Of a stretch of DNA of 64,000 nt, positions 11,791 through 25,199 are shown one piece after another. This DNA is from Monocercomonoides exilis PA203 (lineage: Eukaryota; Protista; Preaxostyla): NCBI GenBank assembly GCA_001643675.2, contig LSRY02000009.1, positions 1,178,001 through 1,242,000 of the forward strand, in the 5' to 3' direction. The notes beneath the pieces were generated by a model, which was not told the DNA's origin, ran no database searches, and saw nothing but the letters and a program-made list of their open reading frames with translations. A program made the translations under genes and the position numbers. Numbering within the stretch: the first letter of the stretch is position 1; every line of letters starts with the position of its first letter.

Positions 11791-14532
11791 ACTCTCAGAA
11801 TTTATTTTTAAGAAGAAATTGGAAAGAAAATTTATTGGAAAAAAAAGAAGAAATGGAAGAAAAAGGTGAAATTGAAAACAAAGATGAATCCGTTCCAGGT
11901 CTGGATGATAAAGCATACATAGAATCGTCAGATGTGGAATCTGATTACAAAAGCAGCAGCCTTAGTGTTTTGATGGAACAAATGCATCGCATTTGACAGA
12001 TGAAGAACAAATTATATTTTTTTTGAATTTTTTTATTTTTTCTTTTCTTTTTTTTTTTTTTTTTGAAAAAAATGATATCACTCACTATCACATTTTTTGA
12101 GAAAATTAATAATTCATTTTCAAAATTTTTGTTTTATTTAATAACAAAAAAGTTAAAAAAGCTTCATTATGAATCGAGATAACTTCAAAAATTATCAAAT
12201 TGTTTTGTCCGATATTATGTCAATTTTCCAATAATATGTGCATAATTTATTGCAAACTCAATGAGACCAATTATTTTCGAAAAGTTAAAGAAAAACTCAA
12301 ATACCCTTTGATAAACTCAGAATTAAAAGGTTATTTCAAGAATTATTAATCATTTCACATTTCATCCAATAGAAGGCCCTTGCAACAAGGAAATTTTTAG
12401 AGAATAGTGCCTGTTGAAAGAAAAGGCTTGCGTTAAGTTTTTCTTTTTTTTCTTTCTTTTCTTTTCTTTTCTTTTCTTTTTTTTAAGAGAACATCAAACT
12501 GAAGACAGTCTAAAAGAAACGAAAAAGAAAATATAATTTGTGATTTTTTAAAAACAAATTTATGAGGATGTTGCGAAACAATTGGAAATGAGAAAGAGTT
12601 TCACTTTAAATTGAAAGCTCCAGATAAAAATAAAGACAAGCTCGGTAATGAGCAGAAGACCCAAGAAAATTCAAAAATAATGAAAAATAAAATTCTCTTT
12701 GGAACTTTTCAAATAAAAAAGTCAACAATAAACTTTCATTTTCTCTCATTCAACAAATACAATGCATCTTCCAAGATAGCTACAATTCCGTGCTCACAAA
12801 TAGCAGCATGAAAAAGAAAACAAAAGAAAGTCTCTCATCTTCAACTTGCTCAAGCAAATTTTAATGAATTAAAGGTTGTAATTACTTGAATTATAAGAAT
12901 TGAAAATAAGCGCTTAAATCAGCTCCATTAGCCTCAAATGTTAAATCTCTTCAAAATGAGCAGATATCGCAGGTTATGCAATAAAATTAGCCCTCTAAAA
13001 ACTGTGACTGCAAATATATTATTACTTAAGTTTTGCTCAAAAACTTGCAGTTTCGTTGACAAAAAAATGTTAAATAATAAAATTATTAATGCAAAGAAAA
13101 CATGCCAGAAAGTTTTGATAAATTTATCTTCCATTGTCGATTTTTTCTGAAAAGAAAATGAGTATTTTCCCATCAAAATATCATTTGCCAAAATAACCGA
13201 GTTGTTGCAAATGAGAAGGTGCAGTATCTTTCAAAATGCATAAATTGATGACATGTATTCCATTTTCACGTATGAAAGTCGCTTATGCGCAGGTAATATG
13301 GATAGGAAATGAATTCATTCGTGACTTGATGAACAGAACCACAACTCGAAACTTCATAGAAAATAAACTAATTGCATGCAATGCCTTTTATGTGCATTTG
13401 CTTTTGAAATGCCAGCATTTATACAGCTAGACCATTCGCAAAATGCACTGCCCAAAAACCACAATTATTTGGTTCTTTGAAATTACCTGCGTCCAAGGCA
13501 GCCAAGTCATCAAAAAATATCTACACCTGATTTTCCTTTGCAAATTGCATCAAAAGCACGAAGGAGAAAGCAGAGAGGCATCATGTCACTCAAGAGAGAG
13601 CAGAATGAGTTTGAAATAATTTGATAAGCACCATAACTTTCTCATCTGAAAATGAAATCAATTGAATCCCATCCAATGAGCACCTCTCAAAATGCATACC
13701 AAAAAGAGTGACGTTTTTGGAATATTTTTTGCAATCCAAAAATTGTTGTTTTGCAAAGCATTATTCCAAATATCCCCTTTTTCTGTTTTCGTATTTTTCA
13801 AATAACCAGGGAAATACGAATATAGCAAACTTCTATCTGGTTTGTACATATGTATTTTTAATAGTCTCACGATATTTTGAAGCCTTTCAGTCATTTCTCA
13901 GCGTAGCAGAAGTGTTTTTGTAATTTTTTGCTTTTTAAAAAAATGGCAACTGAGACGCTCAATATTGCTGGTACAGGTACAATTAGATGGCGTAAAACGA
14001 ATTGTGCTGAAATAAGTGCTTTAGACTTCGTTGTTGGCCCTTGGGAACCAAAAAGAAATTCAAAATTTCCATTCGGGTTCAGAGTGTGCTTATTAGATAT
14101 CTCCGCATGATAAAATTACCAGTAAAAATCATGTCCTACGATGCCCAATTGCGCTGCATGGTAGAATAAGCACCTGAAAAGTTCCCAGCTGAAAATGGAT
14201 TGAAACGAATGTTAAAGTCAGGATTATATCGAAGTAATAGGCAAATATATCAAATTTAACAAACATAGATAAATACACATTTTATCCGTTCCTTTTGGAA
14301 ACGACCATTCATCGGAAGCACAAGTGGAATTGGAGTTTTCAAGACAATAGACAAACAACAGAAAAGATAGAAAACAAGGCAGAAACAGCCAAACAGACCT
14401 TTTCCTATGAAACAACCATGTTCCCTTGTATTCCATTTGGTTTGATGAAGGCAGAGAAGGAGATAAATCTAATTAAAAATCGAATGAAAAAATGTTTAAT
14501 TTGGCTTAACAACTTATTACAGAGCAAGATCG

Positions 14533-17500
14533 ATGATGAAAAAGAAAATTAAAATCCGATCGGATGCAGCAAGAGGATCGCAGACTGCACAGTTAGCAGC
14601 GCCTGACAGCGGAGTCGGAGAAGAAGAGGGTGAAGAGGCAGTGAAGGCGGAAGATCCGTCTGATCAGAGGCGTGTATTTTGGATGAAAAGGGACAGAAAA
14701 GAGCAGCAGGAAGAGTCAGATCAGCAGATTGGGGAACAGAAAAGAGCAGAAGTGTTGAAGAAGGATTTTTGTGTGGGTAGAGAGAGGGAAGTGAAGGCGA
14801 TGGAAGAAGAAAAAAATGGAGAGGGAAATAAACAAAATGAAACAGGGCTGGAAAAGGAAAGGAGCAGAGTAAGGTTTGAGGATGGGCTTGGGAAAGGGGG
14901 AAATGAAGGGAAAAGCGAAATGGGAAGGCGAAAAAAGGCAGAGGAAAATTGCGATAAGCAGCGTAGAAAGGTCTATAAATTTAAAGATATTGGATTTTTT
15001 GGTAAGCCAAGGGAATTAATAGCCCAGGAAGAAAGCGGCAGAGGAAAGGAAATTGAAGGAAATGAACATACAGATAGATTAAAAGGGCAGATTCGGGGTT
15101 GGAAAAAGGGAAAGAAAAGGGAAGATGAAATAAGTTTGAGGAAAGATCAGAAGGCAGAGAGGAAGAGAAAAATACGGCCAGAAGAGGATTTGGGAGCGGA
15201 TTGCAGACAAAATACGGGGAAAATGGAAGAGGAAGAGGAGAATGGAAGAATAGGAAAGATATCATCATCACCATCATCATCTTCTTCTTTGACCTCGTTT
15301 CATTTAACTAATTTGTATTCATCTGCTCCGTCAGATGAAAATAATGCATCTTTTGTTGCAAAAGAGAAAAAGAGAAGAGAAGAAGGCTGGTTGGACAAAG
15401 GCAGAACAGCAGAGACTGTGAGGGAAGCAGAAAAATGGATGGAAAAAGCGAAAATGGAGAAGATGAAGATGATTGGATGCATCTTTGAAGAAGAAGAAGA
15501 AGAAGAAGAAGAAGAAGAAGAAGAAGAAATTTCGAGTGAGGAGTCAGAATCGATAGATTTGTGGAGTTTTTGTGGAGGAATAGCAGAAGAGGACAGTTTG
15601 TGGGGAGAAGGAGGGGTTGTTGCAGTGAGAGGAAGATGTCAGATGAGAAGGGAGAGAACGAAGAAAGGAAGAAGGAATATGAAAATGAAAATAAACACGA
15701 AAAGGATGAAAAAGAATGCGCTCAAAGGAAAAGGCGAAGAAGCGAATGAGACGAATGACACACAACAGCCAGCTCACACACAGACATCTTCACCTCAGAC
15801 GAGCAATGGACACAGCCATCATAACCGTCTTCATTCAGATTGGAATGCGTCTTCTTCACTGCAGAGTGGAGGAGCATCCAGAAGAGCCAGAGGAGATGAG
15901 GAGGAAGAAGAAGAAGAAGCTCTGTTGGCTCCTCCTCAGCCAGACAGCACACAACAACAGCTTCTCCTGCAGAATCAGCAGACACAAACACACACCTCAA
16001 CAACAGCTTCCACATCTTCTTCGTCTTCTTCGTCGTCGTCTTCTGCTTCTGCTTCTGCTTCCTCTTCTGATTGCGCTGTTTGTGCTTCATCTGTTCAGCC
16101 AGAAGATTCAAATCAAATGGCAGATGAGCCAAAAGATGAATATCTTCAGTCAAATAAGCATCCCTCTTGTTCAAGAAGAAGAAGAAGAAGAAGAAGAGAA
16201 AGAGATAAACTGAATGAAGAGAAGATGAAGAAGGCTTTTGAGAGACATGAAGAGAAGATGAAGAAGAAGACGAAGGGGATGGCGGTGCTGCTGAAGGCTA
16301 CGATGGAGGAGAGGGTGCATGCGGATAAAGGGGAAGTGTGGGGAAGGAAGGGGAAAGAGAGAAGAGAGAGAAGAGAGAGAAGAGGAAGAAGAGAGAGAGG
16401 AAAGAAGGGAATGAGGAGGCATGTTTTTCTGGCAGAAGAAGATTTGAGCAGATTTGAGAGCGAAAAGGGGGAGGAAGAAGAGATTGGGACATTCTGTCAT
16501 TTTGATGGGAGAAGATGGAAAGAAACAGGCAGCAGAGCAACAGACACAAAAGAAGATACAAAAGAAGAAGAAGAAATAGAAGAAATAAGACAATCACATT
16601 GCCACTCCGAGGAAGAAGAAGAAGAAGAACAGGAAGACAAGACTCTTCTAATGGAATCAGCTGATTTGGAAGACATTTTGAGAGAGGAAGATGATTGTGC
16701 TAGTGTAGTACCAGAATATTGCCTCAATGAAGAGGAAGGGGTAAAGGAAGAAGAAGAAGAAGAAGGAGGAGGAGGAGGAACAGAAATGAGAGGGCAAAGA
16801 AAAGCAGATGGATACTTCTGTTTTGGAGGAAGCTCTGTTTTGAATGAAATTGCTGAGAAGAGAGAAGTTATAGATGAAGAAGATAAAGAAGAAGGAAAAG
16901 AAGAAGAAGACGAAATGAGAACTGGCAATGAAAGTTCCACTTGTGCAGATGGATTTGCATCGGAGGTGTTCCAAAGGCTGGTGGCTGAGTTTGCGTGTGC
17001 AATGCAGGGGATGGCAGCAGAAGGCGGAAGAGAAAGAGAGAAGGCGAAGGGAGCGGAAGAGAAGAGCAGATGGGATGAGATGGCTGTGCAGGGGGTGTGT
17101 TTCAGAGGAGAGCGACTGCATCCACTTTTGGTGCAGAGCACTCAAATGGCACTGGAGTGTGTGAAGAAGTGGATGGGCGTGGAGGCATTTGTGGAGAGGG
17201 GCAGACACACAAACAGCTCAGAGGACGAAAAGAGAAAGACAGCACTTTCTGTGAAGACTGCCTGTTTGCCGTTTGAAATGCATCCACTTGTGTTTGGAGT
17301 GGACATGGGCACAATGCCAAGCAGAGCGAATGGAAACAGCAAAGATTTGAGTGAAGTTCTGGTAATGCCATTGAAGAGCATTCCCAGTGATATTGTTAAG
17401 CTACACACGCTGTTCTGGCGGCTGTTTGCGTATCTGCCTGAAATGGAAGAGATGGAAAGAGGAGGAGGAGGAGGAGGGAAAGTTGAAGGGAAAATAAAAG

Positions 17501-17991
17501 GGATTCGAGTGATTCCGTTCTCAGAGGCGGTGGGTGCGCTGGGCGAGGCTGGGGCGTGGAAGCTGATGCGTGTGTGTGGAGTGATATGGGAGGAGTCAGG
17601 AGTGCTGGAGAGGATGAAGAGAGTGGAAGGAGATGATCTGTTTGTGGGGGATGAGAATGAGGAGGAAGATGAGGAGAAGGAGGAAGAGGAAGAAGAAAAA
17701 CCAGATGATAGCGGACACAGTGGAAGGGGAGTTTTGAGGGAGTTGGAGAGATTGATGGAGGAATGTGAGAAGAGGAAGGAGTGCGAAGAGACAGGGAGAA
17801 TGCTAAAGAGGTTGCACTGGCTGACTGGGAAGATTAGTAAGTTGGAGAGAATGCAGGAAAAGGAAGGGGAAGGGAGCTGGGTGAGATGGTGGAAGAAAGA
17901 GATGGAGGGAGATGCAGAAAGAGGAGAAGAGATTGTTTTGGAGAGGTGGAACAGAAAGAGAAAGGAGGACACGAGAATTGGAGCAAGCGAA

Positions 17992-18026
<35 letters not shown>

Positions 18027-19266
18027 GGAAGAAGAGGAAGAAGAGGAAGAAGAGGAAGAAGAGGAAGAAGAGGAAGAAGAGGAAGAAGAGGAAGAAGAGG
18101 AAGAAGAGGAAGAAGAAGAAGAAGAGGAAGAGGAAGAAAAGGAAGAAGAGGAAGAAGAAGAGAAAGAGGAAGAAGAAGAACACGAAGATGAAATCCAAAA
18201 TGAACAGAAACTTGAACAGACAGAGCAATCTGATGCTCAATCAACAATACGTGCTTCGATTCCATGGGAAGAGCTGAGATTCCCGCCAATTGTGAAGGTT
18301 CCGATGGAAGCATGGCGAATACTGAAAGTATATGGGAATGAAGAAATGAAAGAGATGGCTAGGCGCAGAATGGAGAAGGAGAATCAATCAACGTCTCTTT
18401 CGAATATATTGGACACACAAATGACTCAAAGACAAGACGCCACAAGCACTTCAATTTCTTCAAGTGCTTTATCTCTCGATGATAGTTCATTTCTATCATC
18501 TTCTTCATCCTCTCATCTTTCATCATCTTCTTCGACATCACCTTCTTCTCCAACAACATCCTCAGCAACTTTATCATTTGAACATTCAAAGGAGGAAATA
18601 ACAAAGGCGATGAAGGATTCCACATGGATTGATCTGCTTTCTCAACAATCTCCTTTCGAACAGTGTGAAGGAGAAGTTGGAGAGATGATGCCATTTCTGC
18701 TGATGCCACCGATTGTAGCTCTTCAGAGTGTTTGTGGAGAGAAAGGAGCAGAGAAAGGGAAACTTAAGCCAGCGTTTGTGGAGATGCTGAAGGTGATATG
18801 TGAAGAGAAGGGAGAAGGAGAAGAGAGGGAGAATGAACAGGAAGGAGAGGGAGAGAGAAAGAAGGTGCCTGAATTTGATGTGCAGAGTGAAATGCATCTT
18901 CAATTTTTGAAGAAAAATGCTTCTTCTTCTTCTTCTTCACAGGACGAAAAGGAAGAAGAAAGGAAAGCAGACGAAGAGAAAAGAAGGAAACATGAGAGAT
19001 TTGATGAGGACACGAAGGCTGTTGTGTCAGCTGCATTTGGAGTTCGAAGGAAGAGAGTGAGTGAGTGGATGCACATGTATCGGTGGAAGCAGGAGGAAAG
19101 GGCGAGGAAGAGGCAAGAAAGAGAATTGAGACTGAAACAGAGTCAGAAGGAAAGCGCATCAACAACAGAGAAGAAAGACGATCATCAGTTTGAATTGGAG
19201 GATTTGGAAGAAGATGATGAAGAAGGTGAGATTTCAGAGAAGGAACAAAGAAAGAAGGGAAATTAG
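14533..19266 (+). CDS. Large low-complexity Glu/Lys/Ser-rich hypothetical protein (1577 aa)
   Basis: Uninterrupted 4.7-kb ORF with strong purine bias. No recognisable domain, although a more complex segment lies at ~16950-17600. Confidence 0.65.
17989..18180 (+). repeat. (GAAGAAGAG)n / GAR array encoding poly-Glu
   Basis: 9-bp periodic core from ~18001 to ~18110, within about 60 consecutive Glu-rich codons. Confidence 0.95.
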
Positions 19267-20230
19267 AAGTTTTGATGTTTTGAGAAAGAGTAAGGAAATA
19301 TTGGCAGATATTTTATTTCTAAGTGTTTTGTATTCATTCTGCAACATTTGAGATATCTGAAGTTCTTCTTCCTCATTCTCTTCATTCTCTTCTTTTTCTT
19401 TGATTGTATTTTTTTTTCCTGCTTCTTCTGTTGAGTTTGGGAGATTATATGAATTTATTCACACTCATTTTTTAGGGATACATCAACAAGGAGAGGAGAG
19501 CTTTTCTTTTCTTTCGAAGAATTGTCTGTGTGTTTTGTGTTTGTTATCCCTTATCCATCCACCTTTTCCATTTTCTTGTGTCTTCATATGCTTCATTGAA
19601 TTTCTTTTTTTGAATTGGAGCCCATATTCATGATTCTTTGTGCAATATTTGTATTTTTCATTTTTTTGTCCTTCTTTTTTATATTGTTGCTATGAATGTT
19701 CCTTCAGTGCAGCTCATTTCTCAGCAGAAGTTATGCAAGTGAATGTGCTTTAATTTAATTGCCCAGTGTCATTTTCTTGAAATTGAATTGTTCTCATTTG
19801 TTAAATGCGGATTTCGTGCTATTTGTTTTATTAATCTGATTGAATGATGTTGCTAAATTATATTTTTGGGGTTCTTTTTTCATTTTTTTCTTTTTGCCTT
19901 TCTTTCTTTTCTTTGTCCTTTTCTTGTTTTGATTTGAGATACCTCATCGGATCATGCTTCATTGTTCTTGTTCTCTTTCATCGCTTCATGCCCAACCCTG
20001 AAAACAATTTGCTGTTTTTAATGCAATAATATAATTCCAAAGTTTCATTTCGAAAATGACATTTCATTCATTGTTAAATTAACAGAAGAATTAACAAACT
20101 TAAAGTCAAATTTTCTTATTTTTTCCTCGGATTATTGAAATTTCTTTAATAATGGAATTTTGTCAGATATTTATCATGATGTGTGTTTTAAAAGTTAACA
20201 AAATCTTTAAAGCACCACCTCTTCAACAAG

Positions 20231-20270
<40 letters not shown>
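20231..20270 (+). repeat. A40 homopolymer
   Basis: Seen directly. Confidence 0.95.
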
Positions 20271-20271
<1 letters not shown>

Positions 20272-20395
20272 AAATATTCATGTTTTATTTCAGAAAAAAT
20301 CCAAAGTATTCATCGAATCATAAATAACAATTATTATTGTGCAATTAATGTAACTGTAAATCTTTTATTGTTTTGAGAAAAGAACATCAAATTGA

Positions 20396-22879
20396 ATGAT
20401 TCTTTCGTTAGTGATATTACATATTGTGCTTTCAGTATATTCAACAGATGCAACTGAGGCGTATGCCAAAAAAGGTGAAGAAGGAGGAAAAGGAACGTTT
20501 GCTGAACCTGTTGGAACGATAAGTGGTGCATATGCTTTATTTGATAACAAAGAAAGTGTATCAGGAGATGCAATAAAAATTATACATACAGCTGATGCTC
20601 TTCCAGCAGATCATGTTGAATTTGCAAGAGACAATGGAATAAAAATTGTTGGAGTGACCGATGATGGTGAAAATGAAGCAGAAGTTGAATTAAATTGTGA
20701 CGCCAAAATTGGAAGTGATTTGTTCGTATGCAAGAAAACAGTAACATTTGATCACGTAAAATTCGGTTTCCCATTTTCATTGGATGTAAATGAAGATCCA
20801 GATAATCCTGAAAATACAGAAAAGAATCAACAAGGAGAATCGTTCTCGTTGATTGTTGAGGATGCAAATACAGTAGCTTTAACAATTGATAAATGTAAAT
20901 TTATCAGACCAGGGACAATAGGAAGCGAAGATGTTGCAAAAATTCATCTTGTAAGAGTTGAAGCAGGAAAGTTTTCAATGAACACTGTTGAATGCACACA
21001 TGACACCAATAAAGTGACATTTTCGGCTACTCCGTTTTTGATTGATTGAGTAACAGAAGTTAAATTGACAACATTGACATTGAGCAAGATTTCATCGAGT
21101 ACAAGTGCTGCGATGAAAATCACAAGTACAAGTTAGGTTGAGATTTCATTGGATACATGCACATTTTCAAAATGTGCATCAACAGTCGATACAACAAGCG
21201 GAGCATTGTATGTTAAGAGCGAACATATTGACAGCATATTCACTATTGAGAACAACGGTATTACAAAATTCGATGGTTGCACATGTGCAAAAGGGAATTC
21301 AGGAGGTCGATATCTGGAAATGACAGCAATAACCGAAGCAACTCAATTATCATGGCCCGAAACAGGAGATAATTTGGTATTCACTGGATGCACAGCAGGA
21401 GATGATGATTCCAAAAAGAATACAGGAATATATTTGGATGTGCCAGATGCTCTTCACAGAGCTATTGCTGCAGCAATGAAGATGAGCTTTGCTGCAGGTT
21501 ATGTAGTTGGAGAAAATGATTGTGTAGTTGCAGCGAAATTTGGAAATGATGATATTGACTTCACTGCTAAATATTTCGATGCAAAGCCGTTAGAAGTGTA
21601 TGTGATGAAAAGTGGAACCGGAGATGGAACAGAGTATTAGAAACCTTTGAATAGCTTAAGTGCAGCTTATACAAAAGTGACTGAAAATCAAAGCGAAGGA
21701 GGTTATATTATCAAAATAATCAAAGAAACGAGCCAAGATAATATTCTTTCTGCAGAACATGTAGAATTCAACAAAGAAGAAGGATTAATAATTGTTGGTG
21801 TAACCAAAGCTAATGAAGAAGAAACAGAAACTGAAGCAACACTTGCTTGCATAATCGAAATTGGAAAAGATTTATTCACTTGCAACATAAAAGTCGAGTT
21901 TAGAGGAATCTCCTTCTTATTCCCAATGTCATTGGATGAACCCAATTCTCCAACTCCATCAAAGAATGATCCCTAACCAGTTAAAACATTCTCATTGTTT
22001 GTTTCAAAAGGCGAAGATGCGAAATTGAGCATCAAAAGCTGAAGATTTGTTAGACCAGAACCTGTTGCACCGACAAATGATGAAGAAAGTTCAAAAATAC
22101 ATCTTGTGAAAATTGAAGAGGGTTCACTATCAATGAAATCTATCGAATGCAAGGGCGATAACGAAGTCAAATTCGAAGAATCATTGTTTGTTATTAATGG
22201 TGCTTCTTCTATTGAATTTGATACAGTTGAGATCAATAAAGTGAGTGTAACAAATGGAGCAGCAATTATCATGCAGGATGCCACTGATAAAGTTTCGAGT
22301 GTTAAAATAGAAGGACTGAGCATGAACGAGGTGAAATCAGAAAAGGGATTGTCAGCAGGTGTTAAGATCAAGATGGTTGATAGTGGTTCAAAAGTGGAAA
22401 TGGGAAAAGATAAGAAATGTTCATTCAAGTCGTGTGTTGCAACAGCAGGTAATGCAGGAGCAATTTTCATTGAGATGAAAAAGGCAGATGATCATTTGAA
22501 ACTTCCAGGGGAAGGCAAACTTGAATTAGCAAACACGAACAAAGGGAAAGATTCATCGGTGGCATCGTTGTGCATCATTGCAGAAGACTTTGATGACTTC
22601 TGCAAGAAGGAAGGTTCGTTTGAGTTTGCGAAGGATTACAACGATGGTAATAAAGGATGGATTGTGGGAGCAAAAGAAGAAGGTGGTGATCTTGAAGATG
22701 TGTATGAGAAATACTTGAAGAAAGAGGAGCCGAAAGAGGAGCCAGAACCAGAAAAGAAGAAGTCAAATGCAGGAACAATTGTTGCAATAGTTGTTCCTAT
22801 TGTGGTTGTGGTGATTGTTGTGGTTGTGGTGATTATTGTAATTGTTGTTGTCAGGAAGAAGAGGTCTCGGAACTACTAA
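20396..22879 (+). pseudogene. Type I membrane surface protein with two tandem domains, interrupted by 5 in-frame stops
   Basis: ORFs 20396, 21149, 21647 and 22106 share one frame. Signal peptide MILSLVILHIVLSVYS; C-terminal Val/Ile TM followed by RKKRSRNY. Internal duplication (LPADHVEFARDNGIKIVGVT vs LSAEHVEFNKEEGLIIVGVT). Stops at 21047, 21134, 21638, 21974 and 22040. Confidence 0.85.
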
Positions 22880-24179
22880 AAAATGGAGGAGTGAAGTCAG
22901 TGATTGTTGTTGATGCACAATAATAAAAAATGTTTAAAGAATTCTTTTTCATTTTTTTTAAAATTAAGTTAAACCCGTGATGCTGATGTTTTGATTTTTA
23001 TTATGCTTGTTTGTTGATTACAAACATGCAATCTTTTATCTGTTTCCTTCTTTTCTATTCTTTTCCTTTATCTTTTGATAAAATTAATTTGTTGGCTTTT
23101 ATTTATGGCAAATTGCCATACACTATTATCATCATTGAAGCTGTAGACAATCTTTGATGAATATATTAGCAAAACTTTTCAACAAATATTTATTTTTTGA
23201 AATCCTATTTGACTTATCGTGCATTTGTCGTTCAATAAAAAGTTTGCGATTTTTCAAATTATCTTTTGATCCTTGTTGATAAATAAGAATGTCTATTGAA
23301 AAACATTTTAATGATAATGTTCATTGAAAAATATATGTTGAAATATATTGGCTTTTAAATGAAGAGGAATTCAAAAATGGCTAATGTTGATTTGAAATGA
23401 AAGTTTATTGTTGAAATATTGAATATGAACAAAATTTATTTATTTATTTATTTATTTGATTTAATGAAGAATGAATAATCGAACGAAAAGTGATTCTTTT
23501 CCAAATTGATTTAAATATTCAATAAGATTGTTCAAGTTCTTTATCTTTCCATCTATTTTGTCCATCAATTTAAAGCACACATAAATTTCTTTTCTTCTTT
23601 TTTTCCCCCAGTCTATACCTAATTTTGCTGATCTATTTATTTTGCATGATAACATTCCTGAAAATTGAATTTGCGAGGAAATCTAATTCTTAATTATTAC
23701 TGATCAAAAAAAAAATTTGAGAGAGAAAATAGATATCCAATTTCTTCTCTTCATATTTGAGAGACCACTGCTTATTCGGAGCTTTTTTTCTGCAACTCAT
23801 TTGAGTTTCAGCCGTTCGTGTTTATTCTGAAATCTCAAGTCTTTGCAACTGGGCTCTTGTTCTAAAAATGAATGTTACTGATTCCTGATCCTTCTGCTCG
23901 CTTTTTGAAGAAGATCTAGTCTGAAACTCACTTGATTTTCCCTGGAAAGTTGAACTGCTTTGCTCTTTTCGACTTTCACAGCGGATCTTTGTGATTCTTC
24001 AAACATCTGACTCTATTCTTTCTATTGATTCGCCTTCAGACTCAGCCTCTGAATGAATTTGTGTGGAAATTTCTTCGTTCGTGTTTTCTGATTCTTCATT
24101 TTCTGAGTGGCTTCCTTCTCTTTCCCTTGCATTCTCATTCATTATTGCCAAAATAACGTTTGCCATTGATTTGGATAAT

Positions 24180-25100
24180 CGACTCTTGAAGGAATGCTAG
24201 ACCAGCGTGTTTGTCCTTGGTGACAATCGTGCCAACTTTGCAATTTGAGCTGGTGGAATATCATCCATTGTTAACTCCGACAGAGTTGCCGCTTTGAGAA
24301 AGAAAGGTGTGAATTTGGTTGGAATTCCTGCTTCTTCCATTGCATCCTTCGCCAGCCTTCTTATTCCGGAAACTGTGAGTGGCTCAAAGGTTTCTGTGTT
24401 AAGCAGCAAATGGGAAGTTCTGCTATTCTTTGTTTGAACAATTTCCCATAACGTTCAAATTGCTGAAACTGGGCAAATGAAAGGTACTTCTGACAGAAAG
24501 TGAACTGCGATTTCTGTTCTGGTATTTGATGTTTTTAAGGAGGTATCCAATTAAACACCATCCTCTGTAATTCTTGACTGGGACATGTTCACCCTTTCCA
24601 ATTCGGTGAACCTGCAGGCCGAGAAAAGCATTGTTAGAGTAATAACTTTGTGTGTAAGTGCTTTGAAAGTTAAATCGATATTTGGTCCCAGTTCATGATA
24701 GTATTTAAGCAGTGTTTTTGGATTCCATATCTCAGGCACTGTCTTCTTTCTTGTAGTGTCAGTCCTTCTGAACGATCGAAAAAAAATTCTTATAATTGGA
24801 ATCTTTCCCAAGGCTGTGTTGAATGCGAGCAATGAGAAAAAGGAAACCACTCTTCTAATCATCTGAAGCACAGAAACTTTGACCCCTTTATTCTTTAATG
24901 ATAAAAACATATCTGCACATTTTGCAGTCCACTCTGGTAGATTGTCTGGTATTTCTGTGTGCGAATGCATAATTTCCATTGTTCAGCAAAATGTGCAAAT
25001 CCGAAAAGGTATCCATCCCATGTGGATTGTGCAACGCCTTGTATGCATTGCTCACCACGCTCCTCTGAAATCTTTCGTTCCTGAAAAGCTTGCTTCCACT
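24180..25100 (-). pseudogene. Tyrosine recombinase of the DIRS element, inactivated
   Basis: IWNPKTLL, LTMLFSACRFTEL (box I Arg) and CPVSAI, with box II degraded to FTPFFLKAATLS...IAKLARLS. In-frame stops are present. Confidence 0.75.
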
Positions 25101-25199
25101 ACTGTTGACCTTTTCTTTTGAGGTATTCAGAAGAATGAGCCTGAGCTTCCCAGGAGGAAGACATACTCATGCCTTCTTCATTGATGGGCCTTCCAACAG

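Noticed and set aside
10270-12411. Exact boundaries of the Merlin element (GGCATC.../...GTGCC)
   Set aside because: Only a few terminal bases match and the putative TSD is 5/8 (AGTTAACA vs TGTTGAAA), too weak to call.
12900-14450. Decayed hAT-like sequence (STCASDEWSF)
   Set aside because: A single weak motif with no supporting DDE/RW motifs or termini.
15544-19165. Many antisense and alternate-frame ORFs (poly-Leu/Phe/Pro, poly-Arg/Lys)
   Set aside because: They are shadows of the purine-rich repeats in the 14533-19266 ORF.
20396-22879. Non-standard genetic code (TAR=Gln as in Streblomastix, or TGA recoding)
   Set aside because: Intact genes end in TAA/TAG (8385, 19266, 22879, 43592), and the internal stops align to different residues (Gly, Cys, Lys) in the duplicated domain.
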